Assembly: GCA_951406725.2 (NCBI GenBank)
Contig: OX597816.1
Span: forward strand, 60,202,001-60,266,000
DNA from: Octopus vulgaris
Taxonomy: Eukaryota
Direction of reading: 5' to 3'
Length of the DNA stretch: 64,000 nt
The notes under the pieces are model-generated. The model did not search any database. It was not told where the DNA came from and saw only the letters and a program-made list of their open reading frames with translations. The stretch's first letter is position 1. Every line of letters begins with the position of its first letter. The position numbers and the translations under genes were made by a program. Below are positions 11,751-26,640 of this stretch, in pieces.

Positions 11751-13996
11751 GTGTGAAAGTGAAGTGAGGAGAAGGTGGAATAGAGGAATGAATATCATAT
11801 GGGAGAGAGGGGATGAAGTTTTCTCTTTTATGTTTTACTTGTTCCAGTCATTGGACTACGACCATGGTGGGGTACCATTTTGAAGGGTTATTTGAACAAA
11901 TCGACCCCCAGTACTTTATTTTCTTTTCTAAGTCTGGTACCTGGTACTTATTCTATCAGTCTTTTTTGTCTCTCTTGTCAAATCACTAAGTTATGGGGAC
12001 ATAAAGAAACCAATACCAGTTCTCAAATAATAGTAGTGTTGCGGGGGGGGGGGGCAAACACATGCATACATATATACACGAAAACACACATGCATGCACA
12101 CACACACACACATCAACTCCCATACTTATTTTTAAGTCTGGCACTTATCCTACCAGTCTTTTTTCACAAGGATGTAAACAAACCAATACCAGTTGTCAAG
12201 TAGTGCTGGGGGACAAACACACACTTGTCCAAGGTACCATGCAGAGGTACTGAACACTGCAAAGTGAGCTTCTTTTTGCATACTTTTTGGTCTCAATGGC
12301 TTCATATGAAGGGGAAGAACAGCACTCAGGATGCTTTGCTGAGTTTCTCTTAGTGGGGGTGGAGAAATCGATCCCTAGACTGGAGGTTTTGCATCATTTT
12401 GATACACTCATCAAACTGGTAATAATTTTAAACATAGTGATAGATGGAATCTACAAATCAAGAACAGCATCAGTCCTTCTGATAGACTTCTACACAGTTT
12501 CTGCATTTTGTTTTTTTTGTTTTTTGTTTTTTGTTTTTTTTCATTTTCTTTAGTCAGGAAGAAAGCTAGTGTCCATGGAATTTTACAGTCTCTCCGCAAA
12601 TGGTGGGAAGGATGTATACTCTAACTGGAGATAACCTGAATGCTTGTAAGAGAGTGGACTCCATTTAAGTCTCTCAAAAATCATGTAGTGGGGTTAAAAC
12701 CAAGTGACAGATTTAGTCTACCTGGTAAGGCCTCCCATGCTGGACAGGTCACAAGATAGAGGGCAGACTAATATGGTCCATATTAGGCTGGCCTCTATCA
12801 GAGGTAAAAATGGGTTTGTGTAGAGTTAATACAGCTACTTGGACCCCCCACCCACCCAAAAATACAGAAGCATTGTTGACAAACTAAAACCTACATGACA
12901 GGGGAGAGGAAGGCTTTCCCTCAGGGAAACATATGATGCACAGTAGCAAAATTTGCAAAATCCAAAAGGACTAAAGCAAAGCTGAAAAAGCAGGGATCAA
13001 ATTGGTTTAAAGAAGTAAAGACTGCCCTAAGTCAAGGACAAGAGTTATTGATAGCCTATGCTCTATTGGAATCAATAAATGGTACTCCATCAATTACAAC
13101 AATGAATGTTCCAGTTATCTAACCAATGAAATAGCCTGCTCATGAAACTAATGTGAAAGTGGCTGAGTACTCCGCAGACATGTGTACCCTTAACATAGTT
13201 CTCAGGAAGAACAGAATGTGACAAGGCCGACCCTTTGAATTACAGGCACTACTCATTTTTGACTAGTTGAATGAACTGTAGCTATGTAAAATAAAGTGTC
13301 TTGCTCAAGGACATAACATGGTGTCAAATATCAAACTCATGGCTTTATGACCATGAGCCAAATACTCTAACCACTAAACCATGCATCTTCATGTAGCCCA
13401 GTGGCGAGGCATCGCACTCATGACCTAGCAATCATGGTTTCGATTCCTAGACTGAGTGGTGTTCTTGAGCAAAACATTTAGTTTCCCATTGGTCCAGTCC
13501 ACTAAGTTATAAATGAATGACCATGTGATGGACCACCGTTCCAATTAAAGGGAATGTTGGCCTGTTCACTTGGCCAGTGGGATGGCATCATTCAAAAGCT
13601 AAAACAACGCTGAGCACATTGTGACCAGCATTGTGTAACAACATCCTAATTAGGAGCAAAGGGCTTAAGTAAGTGCAGTTCTGCAGGATATGAACCCAGA
13701 ACATAAAAAGTGAGAACAAATATAAAACATCCCATCCAATAATCTAATGATTTTGCCAGTGTACTATTTTCGACTGACACTTTTATTTATCGACCTTGGA
13801 AAGATAAAAGATGAAATTCACCGAGGTGGGATTTGATCTCAGAATGCAAAAAGCTGGTATAAATAACACATGACATTTCATCTGATGCTCTAACAACTCT
13901 GCCATTTCATTAACTGATCCTGTTGTTGTGAAGCAATATTCTTAACCAGACAGCTGTATCTGCACCCAGTTAAACTTAATGTGAGCAAAACTCTGT

Positions 13997-13999
<3 letters not shown>

Positions 14000-14043
<44 letters not shown>

Positions 14044-14065
14044 TAATAATAATAATAATAATAAT
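14000..14065. repeat. (AAT)n microsatellite
   Basis: Direct reading; duplicated near 23433-23497. Confidence 0.95.
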
Positions 14066-15076
14066 GAAATATTTAAGAGGTCACAAGAGTGCACATATCC
14101 GATGTTTAACTCATTTTGTGTTAAATAGTTGAAAGAGAAATCCTAATTCCTTGAATAAGATATCTGTTCTGCTCCTGGAAACTTTCCATGTTAAGGTAAA
14201 GTAAGGAGAGTAGACTCCAGTGAATGTCTTTCATTCAAAGATAAAATGGTTTTCCTGCTGTGAGATTTGAAATCAAGATCTGTAAGACAGTCACCTGGGT
14301 ATTTATCTATTGAATAGCTTTTAACTCAGTTGAATTAGAAAAGTCCAGACTTGGAATAAAGAGGGTGCATCATTGATGAGATGAATGACAACAAAAGGAT
14401 TTTGAAAAATCTAACTGATTGACTGAACAATTGATTATTTAAATGGTTATGCAATTAACCAAGTGGCAAAAAAAATAGTAACGAAGTGAAATAGAATCTG
14501 TATGCATGTTTATTATTGTTATAATGACTCTCCTGAGATACAACAAAATATTTTTCAACACATGAGATCACAATAAGAATCTTGCAAACCAAACAGAAAC
14601 ATGAAATATTTTCATTTATTATTTTTCTGATTTTTATAGAGAGGATAGGATAGTAATACCCATGGCTTTTCTTCAGGGTTTCTCAGACTTGCATTTAGAA
14701 AGGAGAGCTGTCTTGAATACTTGTAATAGAGTAGTCTCTGCTTAAGGCACCCAAGGATCATCTGGTGAATTCCTTAAGAATGCCTTTTGAATCTTACACA
14801 TAAATGTATATAAAAGCTGTTTACTGTTTGCTTACCTTCTAGCTTTCACTTGTCTTAGTCATTTGACTACAACCTTGTGGGGTTTAGTTGAACGTATCGA
14901 CTTCTATATTTATTTTAAAGTTTGGTTATTATTTCATCAGTTTCTTTTGTCGAAAACATCAATTTATAGGGATGTACATAAAGCAACACCATTTATAAAG
15001 AGGTGAGGTGGGGGACAAGCGTGCGCACGCGTGCACACACACACACACACACACCATGTGTGGTACCTTTGGTAAC

Positions 15077-15176
15077 NNNNNNNNNNNNNNNNNNNNNNNN
15101 NNNNNNNNNNNNNNNNNNNNNNNNNNNNNNNNNNNNNNNNNNNNNNNNNNNNNNNNNNNNNNNNNNNNNNNNNNNN
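15077..15176. other. Assembly gap, 100 N
   Basis: Exactly 100 n characters, the usual placeholder for a gap of unknown size. Confidence 0.99.
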
Positions 15177-16735
15177 GTGCCTATTGTAGAAAGGATTATT
15201 ATTATTATTAATATTAATATTATTATTATTATTATTACTATTATTAATTTTATCCTTAAAATCATGTGTTTCTATGCAACATTATAATTAGAGGCTGCTA
15301 TGTTGAAGGAAGCCATACCAGATGAAACAGTAGATAATGGTAATGTAACATTTTTTTCTGCTAAATCATTCTTAATGGCTGATGAGTGGTTTGAAGTAAT
15401 ATTTACATGCAATAATTTTTAAATTGGATTCCTAAATTGTGGTGAATATTTGTTTGTTTTTATATCAAGGGGAATATAAAATCAAAGGGATTTTCTATCT
15501 TTAACAGGCATATTTGTCACTGCATTTTATACTTTACTGATTTTCAGGCAATGAGGAAAATGAATCAAACGATCTTATAGTTTATAACACCATCACTACC
15601 ACCACCATCACCCCCTGTTACCATCGCCATCATCCTTATCATTTTAACATTCACTTTTTTCATGCTTGCATGGCTGGGTTAGAATTTATTGATACAGATT
15701 AGAAGATTTTCAATAGTCCAATGTTCTTCCTGTCACTAACTTTTACCTGTTTCCAAACAAGGTGACATTCCCCCTTCATGGCCAAACATGTTTCCACAGA
15801 AGATTGGAAAGAGATATCACTTCTTATATGATAGTGACACTTATGTACAACTATCACATGATGCTAAGACATGATGACACCAACACCAACATATACATAG
15901 ATAATGCAAGACTTTCTCAAGTTCCAAATGTGAATTTGTCTGTGTTAACTACATCCCAAAGATGGAGCCTTGTATCTTTGTTAGAAACCGGCTCCCTCCT
16001 CACTGGAAGATTTATAATAATTATGAAATAGGAGAGACATACATAACTAACACTCTATTGGTTATGACGATGAGGGTTCCAGTTGATGTGATCAAAGGAA
16101 CAGCCTGGCTTGTGAAATTAACGTGCAAGTGACTGAGCACTCCACTGACATGTATAGCCTTAATGTAATTCTCAGAGAGATTAAGCATGAAACAGAATAT
16201 GACAAGGCTGGCCCTTTGAAATACTGGTACTGCTCATTTTTGCCAGCTGAGTAGACTGGGGCAATATAGAATAAAGTGTCTTGCTCAATGGCACAATGTG
16301 CCACTGGGAATCGAACTCACAACTTTATGATCATAGGCTGAATACCCTACATGCATGCATACATACATACATACACCTCAAATATAAAATTCTTCCCTGA
16401 AGATGGAGGCTGGTATTATCCAATGATGGAATCAATTTACAATCATTATTTTGGACTACCAAAACCCCCAGAAACAGCTGTTGGACTTGTAAAACTCTTA
16501 TTCAACCCTTTTAATTCCTGATATCAGTTCTATTCTGTGTAAGTCGACCTTTTTATATGTAAAAGAGTGGCTGTGTGGTAAGAAGCTTGCTTACGAACTA
16601 CATGGTTCCGGGTTCAGTCCCACTGCGTGGCACCTTGGGCAAGTGTCTTCTGCAATAGACTCGGGCTGACCAAAGCCTTGTGAGTGGATTTGGTAGACAG
16701 AAACTGAAAGAAGCCTGTCGTATATATATTTATGT

Positions 16736-16787
<52 letters not shown>

Positions 16788-19700
16788 CTGTGTTTATCCC
16801 CACAACATCACTTGACAACCGATGCTGGTGTGTTTACATCCCCGTAACTTAGCAGTTTGGCAAAAGAGACTGATAGAATAAGTACTAGGCTAACAAAGAA
16901 TATGTCCTGGGGTCAATTTGCTCGACTAAAGGTGGTGCTCCAGCATGGCCGCAGTCAAATGACTGAAACAAGTAAAAGTGTAAAAGAGTATATGTACATC
17001 TTTTGTATTAAATATCATCATCATCGTTTAACATCCGTTCTCCATGCTAGCATGGGTTGGACGGTTCGACCGGGGATCTGGGAAGCCAGAAGGCTGCACC
17101 AGGCTCCAGTCTGATCTGGCAGTGTTTCTACAGCTGGATGCTCATCCTAATGCCAACCACTCCGTGAGTGTAGTGGGTGCTTTTTATGTGCCACCTGCAC
17201 AGGTGCCAGGCAAGGCTGGCAACGGCCACGATCGGATCGGTGCATTTTACGTGCCACCGGCACGGAAGCCAGTCAAGGCGGAGCTGGCATCGGCCACGAT
17301 TCGGATGGTGCTTTTTACGTGCCACCGGCATGGAAGCCAGTCAAGGCCGCGCTGGCATCGGACATGATTCAGATAGTGCTTTTTACGTGCCACTGGCATG
17401 GAAGCCAGTCTAGGCGGCACTGGCATCGGCCACGTTCAGATGGTGCTTTTTATGTGCTGCCGGCACAGGGATCACAACTGCAGTTTTCTTTGATTTTGAT
17501 GTTGGTGTACTTGACTCAATGGATCTCCTCAAGCACAGGGTTGAAATGGTGTTTCTTCACTTGCCACCTGCACAGGACTCAGTCCAGCGGTCCTAGAAAC
17601 TGCCGGGTGCCAGTCATAGGATTGGTTCAATTTCGATTCCAATTTCACTTGCCCCAACAGGTCTTCACAAGCAGAGTTTAGTGTCCAATGAAGGGAGGTT
17701 GGCATGGGTGCCTGTGGTCGGATGAGGTTCGATTTCGACTTCGCTTGCCTCAACAGGTCTTTGTGTGTCCAAGGGAGGAAAGACATGCATAAGTGGGCTG
17801 GACTCACTTGTCCTGCAGGGTCTTCTCACGCACAGCATATTTCCAAAGGTCTCGGTCACTAGTCATTGCCTCAGTGAGGCCTAAAGTTCGAAGGTCGTGC
17901 TTCACCACCTCGTCCCAGGTTTTCCTGGGTCTACCTCTTCCATGGGTTCCCTCAACTGCTAGGGATTGGCACTTTTTCGCACACCTATCCTCATCCATTC
18001 TCTCCACATGACCATACCAGTGCAGTCATCTCTCTTGCACACCACAGCTGATGCTTCTTAGGTCCAACCTTTCTCTCAAGGTACTTACACTCTGTCGAGT
18101 ATGCACACTGACATTACACATCCATCGGAGCATACTGGCTTCATTCCTCACAAGCTTACGCATGTCCTCAGCAGTCACAGCCCATGTTTCACTGCCATGT
18201 AGCATGGCTGTTCGTACACATGCATCATACAGTCTGCCTTTTACTCTGACCGAGAGGCCTTTAGTCACCAGCAGAGGTAAGAGCTCCCTGAACTTTGCCC
18301 AGGCTATTCTTACTCTAGCAGTTACACTTTCAGCACACCCACCCCCACTACTGACTTGATCACTTAGATAACGGAAGCTATCAACTACTTCTAGTTTTTC
18401 CCCCTGGAAAGTGACAGAAGTTGTTTTCTGCAGATTTTCAGTGTTTATTGCCCCTGAGCGTCGGCCAAATACAAAATCTATCTTCCCAGTTAGCCTTCCT
18501 TTGACATTGCTGCACCTCTTATGTGTCCATAGCTTACACTGGGTACATCTTATAGAGTTTCTACCTACGCCTTTTCTACAGATCGAGCACGGCCATCTAC
18601 CTAAAGGCATTTGTGGTTTGCCTGCCTTCCTACTTATTAGGACTTTGGTTTTAGCTAGGTTGACTCTAAAGGCCCTCGATTCTAATCCCTCCTTCCACAC
18701 CTGAAACTTCTCCTCCAGTTCTGATAGTGATTCAGCAATTAGAGCAAGGTCGTCAGCATAGAGGAGCTCCCAGGGGCATCCTGTCTTGAATTCCTCCGTA
18801 ATTGCCTTGAGAACTATGATAAATAGGAGGGGGCTGAGGACTGAACCCTGGTGGACCCCAACCTTGAATTCTTCAGTGTACACGTTGCCAACCCTAACCT
18901 TACTTACAGCATCCCTGTACATGGCTTGCACAGCTCTCACCAGCCATTCATCTATCCCTAGTTTCCTCATTGACCACCAGATAAGGGATCGGGGGACCCT
19001 GTCAAAGAAAGCCAGGTACAGGGGCTTATCTTTGGCTAGGTATTTCTCCTGCAGCTGTCTCACCAGAAATATGGCATCAGTGGTGCTTTTCCCTGGCACG
19101 AAACCAAACTGCATCTTATCCAAGTTGACTCTCTCTCTAATTAGTTGGGCTATAACCCTCTCCATAACCTTCATTCCTAATCCAACAGCTTGATACATCT
19201 GTAATTATTTGTATCTAGGGCGTCACCTTTACCTTTGTAGCAACTGACTATTATTCTGCTACACCAGTCATTGGGTATGACTCCTTCATTTAATATTTTT
19301 TGTATATCAACTTGCCTAATCTGTTTATCTGTACATTTACTTCCATATATGTACATACATAAATAAATAAATACATACAATCATACACCCATTTACAAAA
19401 GAAAATCTTATAATTTAATTGGAGCATGTAACAGCATTATACAAGGTTGTTTAAAATTCGTTCCGTAAGCATTTTGAAAATGTTTTGGCAAAAAATTTGA
19501 CTCATGACACATTAGCATTGAATGTGAGATACATGTGAACAAAAGTATGGTAATAAGTTGGTTGATATCGTTTTAAAATGCTCAATGCTTGAAAGTCAGG
19601 TCATACAGTGCTACACTGATACATGCTGCAAACAAATCAAAAGGCCTTCTAATGTTGGTGGATACTTTCAGCAGTTTTTATTGCATATATATAAATATAA

Positions 19701-19795
19701 GACTATTTGTTATGTTTCTGATATTACTTAGAAATCAGTAAAATGTAAAACTCAGAGTGGTAATGTGTGAAGTTACAGCTTAAAACAAATTTCCT

Positions 19796-19843
<48 letters not shown>

Positions 19844-22800
19844 GAAAGGAAAAGGGACAAAGAGAAGAATATAAAGACAAATTGTTGAATTGATGAATGT
19901 TTATCTAAGATCAATATTTGTCGATGTGAGATTTTAAAAAGGAAGATGAGTGAATGTGTGTGTGTGTGTGTGTGTCTGTGGTGTATTTATGCATGTGTGT
20001 AAACTGATGTGGGAATGTACTTGGGTGGATGTATGCATGTATGTAGGTTTGTGTGTGTGTGTTAAGCATACATATTTGCATGTCGTGTAGGTGGGTGTAT
20101 CTAGTAGAATGTAAGTGCGCGCACACATGTATGTATGTGTGTGTGCGTATGCGTGTGTGTATGCTTGCGTATGTTTGTGTATGTGCGTGTGTCTATGTGC
20201 ATTTTCAAATAAAATCAATGAATGTTGTCACACATATGCACACACACACGCGCGCGCGTGCACATATACACACACTCACACAGGTTTGATAAATGAAGGC
20301 AAAAGTGGATGACTGCCTACTGAGAGACACAGGAATCATCGTTATCGTCGCCATCCTTCTTTTTCTTCTTGTTATTCTTCTTCTTCTCCTCCTTCTTCTT
20401 CTTCTTCTTCTTCTTCTTATTATTATTATTATAATAGTCGTCATCATTATTGCAGTGGTAGTAGTGATAGTGAATGATGACAGTTTATTTGTGAAAAATT
20501 TTATAAAAATGCCAAAAATATTGATGAGATTAGAAATTGGAAGAGTGTGTGTGTGTGTGTGAAGAAGAGAAAGAATATCTAAGCGTATGTACATCGGGAT
20601 GTTTATGTGCTTTTAAGCATGTTTTTGTAGGAGTGTATGTGTGTGCAAGCATAGGTGTTTGACTAAGCATCTGTGTGTGTGTGTATGTGTTAGTGTGTGT
20701 GTTTAAGTATATGCGTGCCTATGTGTGCTTATGTGCATGAGTGTGGGCATGTGCCTAGATACGTGTTAGTCTGCTTTTAGATGTGTCCAATATCCATGTT
20801 TGGGGTAGTCTGAGACATTCTATTATGGACAGCTGTTGGATAACGGCAAGTAATGCGAGGATGGGGGGAAGAGTTGAGTAAGAAGATGCAAAGATGAAGA
20901 AGAGGAGCAAATGAGAAAAGCTTCAGAGGTTTAGGGAGGGAGATTAAGGAAGATGGAGAAAGAAAAGGCTTTGAAGGTAAAGGAAAAAAAAAAAATGATG
21001 CAGATGAAGAAAGGGTTGGTGTGAGAAAAACCCGGTTGATTGATCAGAGGTGGTAGTGGTAAAGTGGGGTGGGGTGGAGGGGATGACAAAAAAATGGGAT
21101 CGGAAAGGAGGAGAAAGAAATAGAAGAGTAGAAAAGAGAGAGTGATAGAGAGAGGAAGAGAGAGAGAGAGAGAGAGAGGGAGAGGTGTGAAAGTGAAGTG
21201 AGGAGAAGGTGGAATAGAGGAATGAATATCATATGGGAGAGAGGGGATGAAGTTTTCTCTTTTATGTTTTACTTGTTCCAGTCATTGGACTACGACCATG
21301 GTGGGGTACCATTTTGAAGGGTTATTTGAACAAATCGACCCCCAGTACTTTATTTTCTTTTCTAAGTCTGGTACCTGGTACTTATTCTATCAGTCTTTTT
21401 TGTCTCTCTTGTCAAATCACTAAGTTATGGGGACATAAAGAAACCAATACCAGTTCTCAAATAATAGTAGTGTTGGGGGGGGGGGTGCAAACACATGCAT
21501 ACATATATACACGAAAACACACATGCATGCACACACACACACACATCAACTCCCATACTTATTTTTAAGTCTGGCACTTATCCTACCAGTCTTTTTTCAC
21601 AAGGATGTAAACAAACCAATACCAGTTGTCAAGTAGTGCTGGGGGACAAACACACACTTGTCCAAGGTACCATGCAGAGGTACTGAACACTGCAAAGTGA
21701 GCTTCTTTTTGCATACTTTTTGGTCTCAATGGCTTCATATGAAGGGGAAGAACAGCACTCAGGATGCTTTGCTGAGTTTCTCTTAGTGGGGGTGGAGAAA
21801 TCGATCCCTAGACTGGAGGTTTTGCATCATTTTGATACACTCATCAAACTGGTAATAATTTTAAACATAGTGATAGATGGAATCTACAAATCAAGAACAG
21901 CATCAGTCCTTCTGATAGACTTCTACACAGTTTCTGCATTTTGTTTTTTTTGTTTTTTGTTTTTTGTTTTTTTTCATTTTCTTTAGTCAGGAAGAAAGCT
22001 AGTGTCCATGGAATTTTACAGTCTCTCCGCAAATGGTGGGAAGGATGTATACTCTAACTGGAGATAACCTGAATGCTTGTAAGAGAGTGGACTCCATTTA
22101 AGTCTCTCAAAAATCATGTAGTGGGGTTAAAACCAAGTGACAGATTTAGTCTACCTGGTAAGGCCTCCCATGCTGGACAGGTCACAAGATAGAGGGCAGA
22201 CTAATATGGTCCATATTAGGCTGGCCTCTATCAGAGGTAAAAATGGGTTTGTGTAGAGTTAATACAGCTACTTGGACCCCCCACCCACCCAAAAATACAG
22301 AAGCATTGTTGACAAACTAAAACCTACATGACAGGGGAGAGGAAGGCTTTCCCTCAGGGAAACATATGATGCACAGTAGCAAAATTTGCAAAATCCAAAA
22401 GGACTAAAGCAAAGCTGAAAAAGCAGGGATCAAATTGGTTTAAAGAAGTAAAGACTGCCCTAAGTCAAGGACAAGAGTTATTGATAGCCTATGCTCTATT
22501 GGAATCAATAAATGGTACTCCATCAATTACAACAATGAATGTTCCAGTTATCTAACCAATGAAATAGCCTGCTCATGAAACTAATGTGAAAGTGGCTGAG
22601 TACTCCGCAGACATGTGTACCCTTAACATAGTTCTCAGGAAGAACAGAATGTGACAAGGCCGACTCTTTGAATTACAGGCACTACTCATTTTTGACTAGT
22701 TGAATGAACTGTAGCTATGTAAAATAAAGTGTCTTGCTCAAGGACATAACATGGTGTCAAATATCAAACTCATGGCTTTATGACCATGAGCCAAATACTC

Positions 22801-23429
22801 TAACCACTAAACCATGCATCTTCATGTAGCCCAGTGGCGAGGCATCGCACTCATGACCTAGCAATCATGGTTTCGATTCCTAGACTGAGTGGTGTTCTTG
22901 AGCAAAACATTTAGTTTCCCATTGGTCCAGTCCACTAAGTTATAAATGAATGACCATGTGATGGACCACCGTTCCAATTAAAGGGAATGTTGGCCTGTTC
23001 ACTTGGCCAGTGGGATGGCATCATTCAAAAGCTAAAACAACGCTGAGCACATTGTGACCAGCATTGTGTAACAACATCCTAATTAGGAGCAAAGGGCTTA
23101 AGTAAGTGCAGTTCTGCAGGATATGAACCCAGAACATAAAAAGTGAGAACAAATATAAAACATCCCATCCAATAATCTAATGATTTTGCCAGTGTACTAT
23201 TTTCGACTGACACTTTTATTTATCGACCTTGGAAAGATAAAAGATGAAATTCACCGAGGTGGGATTTGATCTCAGAATGCAAAAAGCTGGTATAAATAAC
23301 ACATGACATTTCATCTGATGCTCTAACAACTCTGCCATTTCATTAACTGATCCTGTTGTTGTGAAGCAATATTCTTAACCAGACAGCTGTATCTGCACCC
23401 AGTTAAACTTAATGTGAGCAAAACTCTGT

Positions 23430-23476
<47 letters not shown>

Positions 23477-24511
23477 TAATAATAATAATAATAATAATGA
23501 AATATTTAAGAGGTCACAAGAGTGCACATATCCGATGTTTAACTCATTTTGTGTTAAATAGTTGAAAGAGAAATCCTAATTCCTTGAATAAGATATCTGT
23601 TCTGCTCCTGGAAACTTTCCATGTTAAGGTAAAGTAAGGAGAGTAGACTCCAGTGAATGTCTTTCATTCAAAGATAAAATGGTTTTCCTGCTGTGAGATT
23701 TGAAATCAAGATCTGTAAGACAGTCACCTGGGTATTTATCTATTGAATAGCTTTTAACTCAGTTGAATTAGAAAAGTCCAGACTTGGAATAAAGAGGGTG
23801 CATCATTGATGAGATGAATGACAACAAAAGGATTTTGAAAAATCTAACTGATTGACTGAACAATTGATTATTTAAATGGTTATGCAATTAACCAAGTGGC
23901 AAAAAAAAAATAGTAACGAAGTGAAATAGAATCTGTATGCATGTTTATTATTGTTATAATGACTCTCCTGAGATACAACAAAATATTTTTCAACACATGA
24001 GATCACAATAAGAATCTTGCAAACCAAACAGAAACATGAAATATTTTCATTTATTATTTTTCTGATTTTTATAGAGAGGATAGGATAGTAATACCCATGG
24101 CTTTTCTTCAGGGTTTCTCAGACTTGCATTTAGAAAGGAGAGCTGTCTTGAATACTTGTAATAGAGTAGTCTCTGCTTAAGGCACCCAAGGATCATCTGG
24201 TGAATTCCTTAAGAATGCCTTTTGAATCTTACACATAAATGTATATAAAAGCTGTTTACTGTTTGCTTACCTTCTAGCTTTCACTTGTCTTAGTCATTTG
24301 ACTACAACCTTGTGGGGTTTAGTTGAACGTATCGACTTCTATATTTATTTTAAAGTTTGGTTATTATTTCATCAGTTTCTTTTGTCGAAAACATCAATTT
24401 ATAGGGATGTACATAAAGCAACACCATTTATAAAGAGGTGAGGTGGGGGACAAGCGTGCGCACGCGTGCACACACACACACACACACACCATGTGTGGTA
24501 CCTTTGGTAAC
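15177..24511 (+). repeat. Copy 2 of ~9.35-kb direct duplication
   Basis: Begins exactly after the gap with gtgcctattgtagaaagg (=5723) and ends cctttggtaac (=15076). Confidence 0.97.
17014..19288 (-). mobile_element. 5'-truncated RTE-clade LINE (RT pseudogene ORF 18026-19198)
   Basis: 390-aa ORF with YADD motif, FRYLS, MLHGSETW; premature stop after VQER; (GAT)n tail. Confidence 0.96.
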
Positions 24512-24864
24512 TATCTTCTCCTATAGCTTTGGGCCAACCAAAGCCTTGTGAGTGGATCCGGTAGATGGAATCTAAAAAAGGTGTATATGTATGTGTGTGT
24601 GTGTATGTGTGAGAGTGTGTTTGTGTTTGTCCCACACCATAGCTTGACAACTGGTGTTGGTTTGTTTATGTCCCTGTAACTTAGTGGTTTGGCAAAAAGA
24701 GACTGACAGAATAAGCACCTGGTTTTAAAAAAAATTACTGGGATCATTCTGCTTGACTAAACCCTTTAAGGCAGTACCCCAGCTTGGCCACAGTCCAATG
24801 ACTGAGAGAAGTAAAAGAATAAAAGAATATACATACATATGCACGCTCACACATATATATGCGT

Positions 24865-25024
24865 AGGAGTGGCTGTGTGGTAAGTAGCTTGCTTATCAAC
24901 CACATGGTTCTGGGTTCAATCCCACCGCGTGGCACCTTGGGCAAGTGTCTTCTACTATAGTCTTGAGATGACCAAAGCCTTGTGAGTGGATTTGGTAGAC
25001 GGAAACTGAAAGAAGGCCGTCAAA

Positions 25025-25061
<37 letters not shown>

Positions 25062-25356
25062 CACCGTCCGAACGTGGCCGATGCCAGCGCCGCCTAGACT
25101 GGCTTCCATGCCGGTGGCATGTAAAAAGCGCCAATCCGATCGTGGCTGTTGCCAGCCTCATCTGGCACCTGTGCAGGAGTGGTTGGCGTTAGGAAGGGCA
25201 TCCAGCTGTAGAAACACTGCCAGATCAGACTGGAGCCTGGTGCAGCCGTCTGGCTTCCCAGATCCCTGGTCGAACCGTCCAACCCATGCTAGCATGGAGA
25301 ACGGACGTTAAATGATGATGATGATGACATATATACACACACATATATATATACAT

Positions 25357-25397
<41 letters not shown>

Positions 25398-25605
25398 TAT
25401 ATGTATGTGTGTATATATGTTTGTGTGTCTGTGTTTGTCCCACCAACATCGATTGACAACTGATGCTGGTGTGTTTACGTCCCCATAACTTAGCGGTTCG
25501 GCAAAAGAGACTGATAGAATAAGTACTAGGCTTACAAAGAATAAGTCCTGGGGTTGAATTGCTCCAGCATGACCACAGTCAAATGACTGAAACAAGTAAA
25601 AGAGT
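24865..25605 (+). mobile_element. Family A SINE with an RTE 3' fragment (25061-25326) in its central (TA)n
   Basis: SINE head 24865-25021, (TA)n, RTE 3' UTR with (GAT)n tail, (TA)n, SINE tail. Confidence 0.88.
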
Positions 25606-26230
25606 ATGTATATACACATGTGCACTTACACATACATACATAAGGAAAACCTCAAGTTAACAGTAAAAAAAAAAAATGACACGTTCTGTTGATTTAATGA
25701 AAAAGCAAAATTGTGTGGTTACAGAGTGATTGACCTTTAACTGGAAATAGTTGAATAAAAGCAATTCAATAATAGCCAAAGTATAAAAGACTTACAAAGG
25801 ATTTATGATAATCAATACAAGATCAGTAAGAGGGATGGAAATGGTGGGAAGGTACGCAAATAGCTTAGCTTCATCAGATAAATTAATATTTAAGTCTGGC
25901 AGGGTAAACACCATTTTTAGATTTGAATAAACCTAGGTAGAAAAATAATCAATATTTGTAATTATAATGTCTAACTAATAACGGTAACATGTTACCTGGC
26001 TTAACATGATCCCCTGGTCCTTGGGTGCCTTTAGTTTGTGAGGAAGAGTAATCAATTAAGTGCCCTAAACTGGTCCCAGAGGAATTCACTCTGTTGCACG
26101 CATTCAAGCTGCCCCACTCCACTGTTAGCTTTATCCTGCAGATATTGATGTACAGATGTTCAGGCTGAACATAAGCACCATACCCGCTTATCTAATTAAA
26201 TTATGTCAACCATTACACTTAATTTCATAT

Positions 26231-26640
26231 AGGAGTGGCTGTGTGGTAAGTAGCTTGCTTACCAACCACATGGTTCCGGGTTCAGTCTCACTGCATGTCA
26301 CTTTGGGCAAGTGTCTTCTACTATAGCCTCAGGCCGACCAAAGCCTTGTGAGTGGATTTGGTAGACGGAAACTGAAAGAAGCCCATCGTATATATGTATA
26401 TATATATATGTAAGTGTGTGTGTGTGTTTGTGTGTCTGTGTTTGTCCCACCCCCAACATGACTTGACAACCGATGCTGGTGTGTTTATGTCCCCGTAACT
26501 TAGCAGTTCAGCAAAAAGAGACTGATAGAATAAGCACTGGGCTTACAAAGAATAAGTCCTGGTGTCGATTTGCTCGACTAAATGCGGTGCTCTAGCATGG
26601 CCATAGTCAAATGACTGAAACAAGCAAAAGAGTAAAGAGT
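26231..26640 (+). mobile_element. Full-length family A SINE
   Basis: Same head, CORE-like domain and tail as 7114-7540. Confidence 0.92.

Larger units (their letters stand above)
5723..15076 (+). repeat. Copy 1 of ~9.35-kb direct duplication
   Basis: Near-identical to 15177-24511; ends exactly at the N gap. Confidence 0.97.

Noticed and set aside
5723-24511. Genuine segmental tandem duplication
   Set aside because: Both internal breakpoints coincide with the gap edges; an artefact is more parsimonious pending read data.
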